DNA of 64,000 bases from a virus. Its lineage: Duplodnaviria; Caudoviricetes. Within the stretch, counting starts at the first letter, position 1; every line of letters starts with the position of its first letter. The notes under the pieces are model-generated. The model was not told the origin of the DNA. It saw only the letters and a list, made by a program, of their open reading frames with translations, and ran no database searches. Position numbers and translations under genes: made by a program. The stretch is from positions 128,001 to 192,000 of IMG/VR virus record IMGVR_UViG_3300037722_000745; one strand, given 5' to 3'. Below, piece after piece: positions 1-8,709 of the stretch.

Positions 1-980
1 ATAGGGTTCGCAGCAGCTCGAATCTCACTGATCTCAATTGGAAACCCGCGCTTCTTGACGGACTCAAACTCATCCTTGAAGACTTCGAGGAAGCCTCCCG
101 CCCGACTGGTGCCGCCAGAGATTACAAACGGCACTGGATCCGGAAGGTCTACTGTGGACTGGACCTTCCGAAATTGAACCGCAATGTTGTCCAAACAGTA
201 CTTGATCAAAGCACGGATGTAGAGGGCGATAGCTTCTTCGTCCCGGTTCTTGGGATCCGCAAGGTTCACACCCTTCTCTTTGACCGCACACATCCGAGAA
301 GCCGTCGAACCGGTTGCCTTAGCCGCATGCGTGTCGACCCAGTCCCCTCCCCGAGCCAGACTGAAATCCATACCCATCATCGCTTGGTACGCCAATGCGA
401 TGTTACACATACCCGAACCGAAGCTGACTGCCAAACCAGAGAAACTCTCGTCCGCACACTGACTGTAGATGATCGCCATCGCCTCGTTCATTGGGTGGGG
501 TGTGTACCCTAACTCCGACAAAATCTTTCGGAACACCTCAGTGTGATAGATGATGTCTTGGGTCTCGTCGTCGATAGGTGAGGCTGGGACACTGTAGAAG
601 CAGTGCTCGCCCGTCGAAACGGGCTCTCCGATCACGTTGCCGATCAGCAGGCTCAAAATCTGTTGAGCGTCAAGCTCACCAGCGGAAATGACGCCGCGAC
701 TGAGTGGGCGACGCACCTCCCGCTTGAAGAGATTAGCCATGTTGAGAGCTGAGTCGCCTAGGACGATGAGGTTGCCCTCATGCTCCACATAATCGACCTT
801 GGACAAACGAAGAGTCTTCTTTGCCTCGGGATCGAGGTCGAGGAAGGCATCTCGAATCCGCTTGGTTTCAACCTTATCACTAGACGCCCACAACCGTCGA
901 GCTGCGACAAGATTCATGGTGCCAACGTCGAGGCCCACAGCAGGGTTGTACTGACCTACATCTTCATCTTTTTTACTCAT
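1..980 (-). CDS. Actin-like ATPase (MreB/ParM/MamK superfamily), 3'-truncated by the window edge; not in the ORF track
   Basis: Manual translation from ATG at 980 (GGAG RBS upstream) is open to position 1. It begins MSKKDEDVGQYNPAVGLDVGTMNLV (phosphate-1 DxGT) and contains MNEAMA (connect-1), AVSFGSGMCNIA (phosphate-2 region), ARGGDWVD and VISGGTS (adenosine motif). Confidence 0.85.
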   Translation of the reverse strand, partial: MSKKDEDVGQYNPAVGLDVGTMNLVAARRLWASSDKVETKRIRDAFLDLDPEAKKTLRLSKVDYVEHEGNLIVLGDSALNMANLFKREVRRPLSRGVISAGELDAQQILSLLIGNVIGEPVSTGEHCFYSVPASPIDDETQDIIYHTEVFRKILSELGYTPHPMNEAMAIIYSQCADESFSGLAVSFGSGMCNIALAYQAMMGMDFSLARGGDWVDTHAAKATGSTASRMCAVKEKGVNLADPKNRDEEAIALYIRALIKYCLDNIAVQFRKVQSTVDLPDPVPFVISGGTSRAGGFLEVFKDEFESVKKRGFPIEISEIRAAANP

Positions 981-1001
981 CTGATCTTCTCCATTTTTGA
1001 A

Positions 1002-1967
1002 CTACAACCCTGTGCGGTCGTAGCTATACTCCAGCTTCCCGCCCCGTTGCTGAAGCAGGTAGAGGAACTCTTCGTGCTTGTCGGCGGCACCTTGGATTAG
1101 GTTGTCAGTGCCATCGGAAAGCTCACCACGCGCCTCAAGAGACTTACGGGCCTCTCCGATGCAATGGACCACACATCGCTCCACGTTAAGACTGGCCTCG
1201 ACCATACCCTCTGCTCCCAGCACACCAGGAGTCCCGCACCACAGCTGGATCAAAAAGCCCATGGACGAGATCTGTAGAGATGGGCTCACGAGCACTGCGT
1301 GCCCCGATCCTACCGCCCGTTCCGCCACCTGATCGATGAAGGTCTGAGAGTCCTCATAGATCCGCATGAACAGCAAGTGGTCTCCATAAAAATGGCCCCC
1401 TCGTGTCTGCCAATGGTGGCTCTGGTGGACGTGAGAAGCCGCACGCAAAATCGCCAGCAAGGCCCCCAACTCAGACATTGGGACCCCCTCGAATCTTTGG
1501 ACAAGCCCACTAAAGACCCCTCCGAATGATTCATGGGCCTCTTTCATCTGACCTTTCTCCGGAAGATATGGGGGGCCGTTGGTCTGACCATCAAAAGTCA
1601 GAGGATCGACCCAGATCGCGTGTATGGAATCCGCTGGCATTCTTACCTTCCAAGGATCCACCGAAGCCGTCTTGTCCCCACCATCCTCTCGCAGATCTTT
1701 CCCAACTTGCGATGGTGTGTGCTTCGTGGGCCGAGCCGTAAAGGTCTTCCCAGAGTAGGGGGACTTGATCGTGAGAACGCGCTCTTCCAAGTAGAAAACG
1801 CCCCCGTCTGGGTCAGTGTACTTCCACAGAAATGCCTGAGCCGCTGTCTTGGGTCGTTCAGAGGGCTTACCCGAGATCTGTTCGACGGTCCGAATGGCGT
1901 GGGTTAGGAGATTGGCTTGACGTGGGTGCATGTCGAAGGGTGATCCTTTCCACGGTAGCCATATCAA
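1002..1967 (-). CDS. Dps/ferritin-like domain protein with N-terminal extension (likely start ATG 1931)
   Basis: HWQTRGGHFYGDHLLFMRIYEDSQTFIDQVAERAVG matches the Dps ferroxidase pattern HWxxxGxxFxxxHxxF...DxxAER. Confidence 0.75.
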   Translation of the reverse strand: MIWLPWKGSPFDMHPRQANLLTHAIRTVEQISGKPSERPKTAAQAFLWKYTDPDGGVFYLEERVLTIKSPYSGKTFTARPTKHTPSQVGKDLREDGGDKTASVDPWKVRMPADSIHAIWVDPLTFDGQTNGPPYLPEKGQMKEAHESFGGVFSGLVQRFEGVPMSELGALLAILRAASHVHQSHHWQTRGGHFYGDHLLFMRIYEDSQTFIDQVAERAVGSGHAVLVSPSLQISSMGFLIQLWCGTPGVLGAEGMVEASLNVERCVVHCIGEARKSLEARGELSDGTDNLIQGAADKHEEFLYLLQQRGGKLEYSYDRTGL

Positions 1968-1975
1968 GAAAGCTT

Positions 1976-1984
1976 TATCAAAGG
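1976..1984 (-). promoter_or_regulatory. Candidate late-promoter motif CCTTTGATA
   Basis: Matches a pyrimidine-run-ATR motif that recurs in short intergenic gaps. Confidence 0.35.
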
Positions 1985-2755
1985 TCAGTCTGACTTCCTC
2001 TTGCGCAACTGACGAAGACGCTCAGCAGCACTCGAAATCTCCGCTGTAGAGGACTCTGCTTGGATGTCGATCCTTACCTCAACGTCCTCCGGCTTGATCT
2101 GCCTAGGGATGAACGTAGGAGCCGCCCCATCAACCACATCCTCCGCCTCTTTAGCAACCCGAACCGGACTTGTCCCCGTAGAGGGCACCAACGCCCCGTT
2201 CTGGAGCGCTAACAGTAAGGCGTCTATCTTGGCCGTCTGAGCCGCCATATCGGTACTCAGACTGGACCGGAGAGAAGAGTTCTCTTCCTGAAGAGAGGCC
2301 AACTGGGAGGTCAACACCGCCACCTGTCTCGCTAAACGCTCACGTTCCTGTTCAACAACTAGGTCCTCGGATGGCGGTTGACGTAGAAATGATGGTGTCC
2401 TGGCGTCAGGACGCAACTGAAACAGCTGCCGTTGAGAGATCCCAAGCCACAAATCCCTGGACTGTAGAGCAAGCTCCGCGGGTATACCCACCTCAACTCC
2501 GTACGGAACCTTGATGTTGAGGTCCAGAATCGTGTGCGCCCCATTGACCAACCCTACCACTCGTACATCTCTCATGACCGGCTTGCGTTTCATAACCTTA
2601 CTCAACCATGCCCAGAAACCTGTCATGCTCACCTCTTCCAGGCCGCACGTCCTTGTTTCCGTAGCTCCTTTTCGAACTTGTCCTTCATGAAAGCCCGACT
2701 TGTCTTCTTGGCTCGATCCACGAATGTGGAAGGGTCCCTGCCAGGATGAACCCAC
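1985..2755 (-). CDS. Coiled-coil protein with basic C-terminal helix (true start probably MTGF or MRDV)
   Basis: Heptad segment ERERLARQVAVLTSQLASLQEENSSL and C-terminus ISSAAERLRQLRKRKSD; lies two genes upstream of the actin-like gene. Confidence 0.6.
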   Translation of the reverse strand: MGSSWQGPFHIRGSSQEDKSGFHEGQVRKGATETRTCGLEEVSMTGFWAWLSKVMKRKPVMRDVRVVGLVNGAHTILDLNIKVPYGVEVGIPAELALQSRDLWLGISQRQLFQLRPDARTPSFLRQPPSEDLVVEQERERLARQVAVLTSQLASLQEENSSLRSSLSTDMAAQTAKIDALLLALQNGALVPSTGTSPVRVAKEAEDVVDGAAPTFIPRQIKPEDVEVRIDIQAESSTAEISSAAERLRQLRKRKSD

Positions 2756-3126
2756 CGGCCATCTCGCATGGATCGAGCACTAGCCCATCGGAAGATCAGC
2801 TCCCCATCCTCCTTGATGATCGGAATCGGGACACGAGCTTTCGTTAACCAGGTCATCTGACGCTGCTTCCGACCACGAACCAAAGGTCCGAAAGCTGGGT
2901 GTTTAGAGATCACCCTAAGGCTAGACGGCTTGATCTCAATTGCCAGAGACCGTGCCAGGGATCGCTTGGCACGGTCTGAAAACGCCGTCTGCATTAGCTC
3001 CTGTTTGAGCCGTCGCATCAGGTCCCGCCGAGCCCGCTTGAGGATCGCCTCCGGATCCCCCGTTTGAAACATCCGCTCGGGGACCAATGGTTTGAGGTAG
3101 ACCCTCGTCGCGACGAACTTACCCAC
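2629..3126 (-). CDS. Basic hypothetical protein, possibly a tail-completion/neck component
   Basis: 165-aa ORF directly after the neck-like gene; function inferred from position only. Confidence 0.45.
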   Translation of the reverse strand: MGKFVATRVYLKPLVPERMFQTGDPEAILKRARRDLMRRLKQELMQTAFSDRAKRSLARSLAIEIKPSSLRVISKHPAFGPLVRGRKQRQMTWLTKARVPIPIIKEDGELIFRWASARSMRDGRWVHPGRDPSTFVDRAKKTSRAFMKDKFEKELRKQGRAAWKR

Positions 3127-3129
3127 GTC

Positions 3130-4551
3130 TCACACAAACCAAAGAATGGCCCTCCACAGTTCCTCCAGATGCGGAAAGACACAGAACGCGACACCGTAGG
3201 AGATGTTCTCCCAAACCTTTGTCCGTCCTCTCAGCTCGCGCTCATCTGGGATGTTGGGCTTCTCTGTGGGATACGCCGCAGCTTGCTGTTCCGGCCCGCG
3301 AGGGGCAAATTGAACCATCGCATGCCTGACTGGGTTTCCGACCGGAACTCGGTATCGGATGTCCTTCTCATCCAGATGCCCGATGTTGAAATGCTGCTGA
3401 AGAACCATCCCCCGGTTGCTCGGGAATCGCACCGATCCGATGGAGTACCGCATACCGTTGATCTTGACGAGAAAGTCCCGCTGACTCAGCAACGGCGTCG
3501 GTCCTGTCCACACCTCATAGACGTGCTCCAGCGTCCGCCCTGTGTCCTTCTGAGAGATGCGACGCTCCGCATCATCCGGAGCGATCAACGCGTCGTAGGG
3601 GCCCTCATAGCCGCCTAGAATAGATGTCCCGTAACAGTGCCGACAATCGTTGATCGGTTGTTGATGGTGCTCGTCCGATACACAAGGGCATGGAATGCCA
3701 ACCGCCTTGCGGATGAAGATCTTCACTCGCTCTCCCCCCTGCTCCAAAATGAAACGATTTCGTCGTACCCCCTCACGCCATATGTAATCGAGTTTCTCGA
3801 TTTCCATCGAGCTGGTGGCTACCGCCTCCTCTAGAGGGGTCTCTACAAGGTGCTCACATCGGACCTGACTCAGGTCGCAGTTGAGCGGGACTCCTACCGT
3901 CGTGACTCTATAGAAAACCCGTTGCCCCAAGTCGGTCTTGAGCAAGCTACGATTTCGACGGTAGGTGCACGTAACCACGCTGTCTGGGCCTGGCACCAGA
4001 GATGGATCGAGCTTCTGGGTTGCCACATTGGCGTAGAGGAAGGGGTTGATCTCAACCTCCCCCGAGAACCCATCCACCCGCAGAGGTACAACCGGAGTAC
4101 CATCGATCTTGACCACCACGTCATCCGGAGCGTTGGCTACGACCGCTTGAGAGCCCTCCTGCACAATAGGGCAGTGGAGAACTTTGAATACCCATCGTGG
4201 CGCGGACGCTCCTGATGCAGAACACTCGCCTCGGAGGATGAAGTTGTTGGACACGTCCTCGTCTATGATCAGCTCGTTGTCTGTGCGATCTCGCCAAAAG
4301 GTCGAACAGACAAGTAACTCACTGATCCGATTGAACGGGCCGAATTCCGAGTCGAAGGACCGGTAGATGTTGACACCCAACAGCTTGTAGCGGCTGTTGA
4401 GTGGAAGGACCGACGGATCGTCCCACCTAAGATCGAACACCCCAGGCTGGTACCCGCTGGCCAGAAACAGATTGAGGGGCGGTAGCGGCCATGGAGTCTT
4501 TGTGTACTCCAGGTCCGTGATGTTCCAATCCCGATTGCTCGCGTATGCCAC
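3130..4551 (-). CDS. Putative neck/head-closure protein with Zn-binding motif
   Basis: C-terminal CPC...CRHCYGTSILGGY followed by a beta-rich segment (RDFLVKINGMRYSIGSV), resembling neck proteins of large tailed phages; supported by position. Confidence 0.55.
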   Translation of the reverse strand: MAYASNRDWNITDLEYTKTPWPLPPLNLFLASGYQPGVFDLRWDDPSVLPLNSRYKLLGVNIYRSFDSEFGPFNRISELLVCSTFWRDRTDNELIIDEDVSNNFILRGECSASGASAPRWVFKVLHCPIVQEGSQAVVANAPDDVVVKIDGTPVVPLRVDGFSGEVEINPFLYANVATQKLDPSLVPGPDSVVTCTYRRNRSLLKTDLGQRVFYRVTTVGVPLNCDLSQVRCEHLVETPLEEAVATSSMEIEKLDYIWREGVRRNRFILEQGGERVKIFIRKAVGIPCPCVSDEHHQQPINDCRHCYGTSILGGYEGPYDALIAPDDAERRISQKDTGRTLEHVYEVWTGPTPLLSQRDFLVKINGMRYSIGSVRFPSNRGMVLQQHFNIGHLDEKDIRYRVPVGNPVRHAMVQFAPRGPEQQAAAYPTEKPNIPDERELRGRTKVWENISYGVAFCVFPHLEELWRAILWFV

Positions 4552-4596
4552 AGTGGGTCCCTTCTCTAAGGTCTACCCACCAAAGGAAAGTGCGCC

Positions 4597-4968
4597 TCAG
4601 CTCGCTGGCGATTCTTCTGAGATCTGAGGTGACTTCGGTGGCTGTAGAACCTCTAGTCTCCCGGTCTTGGAATCGATTGAAACTTGCGCGTCGGCAGCTA
4701 AGCCTCGCTCCAACAACACCTTCTCGAATAGCCGTTGCTGCTGCTGGTCGACCTGATGGGCCGCCGCCAACAGCTTCACGCGGCTTTGCTCCAATTCCAA
4801 AAGCCTCATCGCAATTCCGTAACGGGCTTCCTCTACCTGGTTGAACTCCTTGAGGACTTCCGGAGCGATGGGGTCTTCAGGGGTCAGTTTCTTGGGTTCT
4901 TTGTCATCGGCCATAGGAGAGGGCCTACACCAATGGTTGTTGCAGCCAGTCTTCGAGACGGCTCTCAC
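4597..4968 (-). CDS. Small coiled-coil hypothetical protein (likely start MADDKE)
   Basis: Overlaps the stop codon of the upstream gene; helical heptad content. Confidence 0.55.
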   Translation of the reverse strand: MRAVSKTGCNNHWCRPSPMADDKEPKKLTPEDPIAPEVLKEFNQVEEARYGIAMRLLELEQSRVKLLAAAHQVDQQQQRLFEKVLLERGLAADAQVSIDSKTGRLEVLQPPKSPQISEESPAS

Positions 4969-5591
4969 CCCCCAATGAATTTTCTGGGTGTTAACACCCC
5001 CCGACCGGTATACGGACCGAAGGCACTCCGGATCCCAATGCCGAACCGAGGTTGCTGAAGGCCCTTGACAACATTGATAGTCGCCTTGGCCTGCTCAAGC
5101 TGCTTGTCGAACTGGTCGCTGGAGAACTGGGCGGCGGCTTCGTATTTGCTGGACTTCTCTAGATCTAGCGAGACGCCGCCGATGGAGTAAGAATTGTGGG
5201 CCAAGATCCCATTAGCGAGAACAAAATTTTCCGGACCGGGGACACACAAATCGTATGTGAAATCCTCTGGAGCCGATTTTTCAACTGAAACTACCGGCAC
5301 CGACTCCACTGCGTTCCCATTGACAACCACGACAGAATCCCCCGGGCTCAATTGACCTGCTTCTATCGGTTCAATTCCAGGTCCGACACATTGGAACAAG
5401 GAATGATCTTGCGTGGTTTCCACGGACCTACCGTCCACCAGTTTGGTTACCACGATAGGTCTAGACCCGTGTCTAACAACATCCGACACACGACTTTGCT
5501 TCACCTCACTCGTAGAAGGGTCCACGGACAGAACGCGCAGCCCACCCGACCAAAAGGCTTTCCGAATTTCCTCTCGGGTCTCTGAGTCCAT
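4965..5591 (-). CDS. Split-intein C-fragment (133 aa) fused to the 75-aa C-extein of a probable head-tail adaptor protein
   Basis: Block B TTQDHSLF, block F TYDLCVPGPENF, block G ILAHN followed by Ser(+1) SYSIGGVSLDLEKSSKY; AAGGAG RBS 6 nt before ATG 5591; no block A present. Confidence 0.9.
   Translation of the reverse strand: MDSETREEIRKAFWSGGLRVLSVDPSTSEVKQSRVSDVVRHGSRPIVVTKLVDGRSVETTQDHSLFQCVGPGIEPIEAGQLSPGDSVVVVNGNAVESVPVVSVEKSAPEDFTYDLCVPGPENFVLANGILAHNSYSIGGVSLDLEKSSKYEAAAQFSSDQFDKQLEQAKATINVVKGLQQPRFGIGIRSAFGPYTGRGVLTPRKFIGG
5193..5591 (-). mobile_element. IntC half of an atypically split mini-intein
   Basis: Carries TxxH, block F Asp and terminal His-Asn (Asn codon 5195-5193); no endonuclease domain. 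Confidence 0.9.
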
Positions 5592-6561
5592 CCTTCACTC
5601 CTTCTAACCGTTGTATTTCTCGGCGCACGCGACTCAGACAGTCATGCCAATCCATGTTTATCTCGTGTTCTCGAAGCCGTAAGATGCTCCACCCCCTAGC
5701 CTCCAGATAAGTGGTTTTACGCGCATCGTACACAAGAATAGAGCCCACCCCCGCGTGCCCACACACCACGCAACCGTGCCAGTAACAACCATCCACTTCC
5801 ACTGCCAACTGTAGCCGTGGAAGAGCCTCATCGATCGAGTAGTATCCAACCTCATACTCCGTCACGAACTCATCTAGCCCGGACGAGATCAATTCAGCCT
5901 TAACATAGCGGTGAAGCTTCGAGAACCTTCGTTTGATGTGGCTTCGAGCGTGCTGAGCTAATAACAAAGACCGCTCTCTGTTCTCAGCGTGCCATTTCGC
6001 TACTGCCTCTCTCTGAGAACCTGACTCCCAGCGAGCCTTAGACTCTACGCCTCTAGCTCTCCGGTGCTCAGGATCCTGATTCAATTTCCGTAAAAAGTCC
6101 GCAGCCACCTCACGATAACCCAGTTCATGGTGCAGCCGCTTTGAAGCAGTGCTGATCTGTCGCCGCGTTAAAGTACCCTCAGCGGTCTGGAAACGGACTT
6201 TAAGGGTTTCCGATTGATGTGACCGTTGAGCTTCAGTCTTGGATCTACGTGAGATTGTCAGGGACGACGCTAAAGGAGCTTGCGGGTGAGCCTTCTGGTA
6301 CTTGCTTAATGTCAGACCAGAACAAGCACGGAGGTGTTTAAGAGTGATAGACGCTTGTCTTGCCCCACACTCACAGCAGACCACAAAATGCTCGCCTTCT
6401 TGAAGAAGTCTCACACTCGCTTCTGCTACCCCATACCCCTTACGAGCTAAGATACCCTTCTCTAGCAATGTCCGCAAATGTTTCGCATTGAAACCAAAAT
6501 CGAGCGAAAGCTGTCTCTTAGAAATCGCTCCCTTCTCCAACTTGTACCGAGCCATCTTCAT
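5506..6561 (-). mobile_element. Free-standing Vsr/DUF559-like homing endonuclease gene between the split-intein halves
   Basis: C-terminal EYEVGYYSIDEA...LAVEVDGCYWHGC...GWSILRLREHEI; N-terminal Zn-finger VVCCECG...HLRAC and NUMOD3-like basic helices; overlaps both flanking ORFs. Confidence 0.85.
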
Positions 6562-6649
6562 ACAGAAGATCGTACAAATCCTTTATAGGTAGAGTGATTC
6601 GTCGGTTACCCGGCAGCACAACAGTGACTTCCGTTCGGCCTGTAATACT
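6518..6649 (-). mobile_element. IntN half (43 aa, Ser1) of an atypically split intein
   Basis: Ser1 codon AGT at 6649-6647; S-I-T-G-R-T-E-V-T-V fits block A consensus [CS]-h-x-G-D-T-x-V. Confidence 0.8.
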
Positions 6650-7342
6650 GAATTCGTCAGCGATCCAATTGATTCGCAGGGCGTTGAGCGCGTGGATCAT
6701 CGCCCCGGTCAGCAAGAGGGTTCGCCACTCAGGCCGATACGACACCATCTGATCGATGCTCGAGAATGGGGTTCGAGGTGGAGATGCAGCGATCATGTCG
6801 AGCGCTCGCAAGAGGTACTCTTGCAGCTCCACGTCCTCCCAGATGTAGCCGAAGACCCGGCTGAACTGCTGGACTGTTTCCTCGTGGCTAGGTGGCCTGA
6901 AATGATAATTTCGGTCCGGATTCGAGTCTCGAAGGAGAATCCTAAGCCTACCCATCAAATTCAGCTCAGTCACGGAAGCACTCAGAGCACTGCCCGTGAT
7001 CATGCTCGCACTCGGAGTCGACAAACCCGCCTTGTCAATGACGGAGAACTCTTGCACCACCTGCTGAATCGATCCACCCACGACTTCCCTGAAGGTCCAT
7101 CGGATGCGGTAGTCTCCTAGGTTTGCATCCAGCGGAACCACGATAGAGGCGTAGTATTCCCCGACCGAAGGGTTGGCAGGCTCGCGCTCCGGAACACCGA
7201 TCAGGACTTCAGCCCCCGTGGTGAAGTCATAGAGGGCGTACGAGATCTCAGCCGCGTTAACCGGAGTGTTCGCAGCATTAACCAGAAAGATGTTGAGATC
7301 GTTCCGGCCGAGCTGTTGCCCTCTGTAGTAGGTGACGCTCAA
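6518..7342 (-). CDS. N-extein (231 aa) of a probable head-tail adaptor/neck protein fused to a 43-aa split-intein N-fragment
   Basis: After WIADEF the ORF continues SITGRTEVTVVLPGNRRITLPIKDLYDLL, which fits intein block A plus the PIxDL segment, and stops 43 aa later. The N-terminal Ig-like domain resembles the C-terminal domain of 8700..9455. The neck role is inferred from position. Confidence 0.85.
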   Translation of the reverse strand: MSVTYYRGQQLGRNDLNIFLVNAANTPVNAAEISYALYDFTTGAEVLIGVPEREPANPSVGEYYASIVVPLDANLGDYRIRWTFREVVGGSIQQVVQEFSVIDKAGLSTPSASMITGSALSASVTELNLMGRLRILLRDSNPDRNYHFRPPSHEETVQQFSRVFGYIWEDVELQEYLLRALDMIAASPPRTPFSSIDQMVSYRPEWRTLLLTGAMIHALNALRINWIADEFSITGRTEVTVVLPGNRRITLPIKDLYDLLYEDGSVQVGEGSDF

Positions 7343-7344
7343 GC

Positions 7345-8709
7345 CTACCCCTCAAGGGCTGCCCGGAATGCCTCAGCCGCTGCATTGGCCTTGGCGACCA
7401 AAAAGACAGCGGCCTCCTTGCCACCCGGCGTGTAGCCCTTGTTTTTCATATACCACGACAATGCCCACGGGTTGTCGATCTCGTCCGGGTGCTTCTTCAT
7501 CTTCTTGACGGTGTCCTCCCACCCCGGAGGAGATACCGCCTGGTGATCATGGCCGCAACCGCCGGTGCACTCACCTCCACAGTTGGCGAGAATCTGACGG
7601 AAGGCTTCGGCAGCCTCGGAAGCGGTCTTGGCTGCTTTCGTCTTCGAACCCTCGGACGGATGTTCCATCGCCACCAACGCACGAAAAGACTCCGCAGCCT
7701 CATCGGCTTCCTTCCTGTGTTTGTCTCGCTCCCCCTCCGCTTGTTCTAGCTTCTTCTTCAACTCGGCGATGTTTTTCTCACTCTGCTTGATGTCGTGCTC
7801 GATCTCAGCACGTTCCTTGTCATCCTTAGCTGTCTCCAACGCCTTCTGGTCATCCTTGAGCATCTTTTCATAGCGACCCACATCGCTCTTCATACGCTCC
7901 ACTTTGTAACCACGCTCACGTTGAGGACGCTCCGGCTTCTTGTACTTGTTACTGACCTCGTGCTTCCGCGGGTCAGCACGTGGATGATCCTTGAGATACT
8001 CCCGCAGGGCCTGCGGGGACGGATGGTACATTTTGCCCAAGACTAGACGAAACGCGTCAGCTGCGTCATTCGATGCCATCCTGAGTGCGCGTTCGATGAC
8101 CCTCTTCTGGGCCGCAGGATCGAGCCCCTTCAAAACCTCGAAGCCCTTATCCCCTGACACATCCTTCTGTTTGACTGGCTTGCCGTCATCCGACTTTTCG
8201 TTCAACAGTGCTTTCTGGATGACATCCTCACGCTTAGCTGGGCTCAACTTCTTGAGCTTGTCCCGAACGTCGAGATCCAGGTCACTGTTGTCATCCTTTC
8301 CACTGTCGGCAGGCTTTCCCTTGGGCTTGCTGTCACCCTTCAGCTTGGACTCCAACTTCTCGATGTTCTTATTGCCCGCATCGATGTCCTTCTGGATCTC
8401 CTCTCGCTCTTTGTCGTCCTTAGCTCCCTCTAGAGCGGCTTCATCGTCCTTGAGAATCTTCCGCTGCCTCTGGAGATCCTTCTCGGCACGGCCCTTAGCA
8501 TACTCTTTCTCACGCTTCGGGCGAGCCCGATCCCTGTATTTAGTCGAAACCTGATGCTTGGACTTGTCCGCGTTCGGGTGCTCCTTGAGATACTTGCGGA
8601 GAGCCCCTGGACTGCTGTGGTAGGTGACCGCTATCACAGAACGAAATTCGTCGGCCGCTGCGTTGGCCTTTGCTATGACATTGCGAGACTTATCCATGCT
8701 CAATCCCAT
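7345..8709 (-). CDS. Charged, internally repeated protein, putative internal head protein
   Basis: Two ~110-aa repeats beginning YHSSPGALRKYLKEHPNAD and YHPSPQALREYLKDHPRAD; five AA[DE]xFRxxLA-like motifs; C-terminal KKMKKHPDEIDNPWALSWYMKNKG module. Confidence 0.7.
   Translation of the reverse strand: MGLSMDKSRNVIAKANAAADEFRSVIAVTYHSSPGALRKYLKEHPNADKSKHQVSTKYRDRARPKREKEYAKGRAEKDLQRQRKILKDDEAALEGAKDDKEREEIQKDIDAGNKNIEKLESKLKGDSKPKGKPADSGKDDNSDLDLDVRDKLKKLSPAKREDVIQKALLNEKSDDGKPVKQKDVSGDKGFEVLKGLDPAAQKRVIERALRMASNDAADAFRLVLGKMYHPSPQALREYLKDHPRADPRKHEVSNKYKKPERPQRERGYKVERMKSDVGRYEKMLKDDQKALETAKDDKERAEIEHDIKQSEKNIAELKKKLEQAEGERDKHRKEADEAAESFRALVAMEHPSEGSKTKAAKTASEAAEAFRQILANCGGECTGGCGHDHQAVSPPGWEDTVKKMKKHPDEIDNPWALSWYMKNKGYTPGGKEAAVFLVAKANAAAEAFRAALEG

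Noticed and set aside
4965-7342. Single contiguous intein with an internal endonuclease read through frameshifts
   Set aside because: It would need two successive +1 shifts, the insertion is not at the canonical endonuclease site between blocks B and F, and IntC has its own AAGGAG RBS and ATG.
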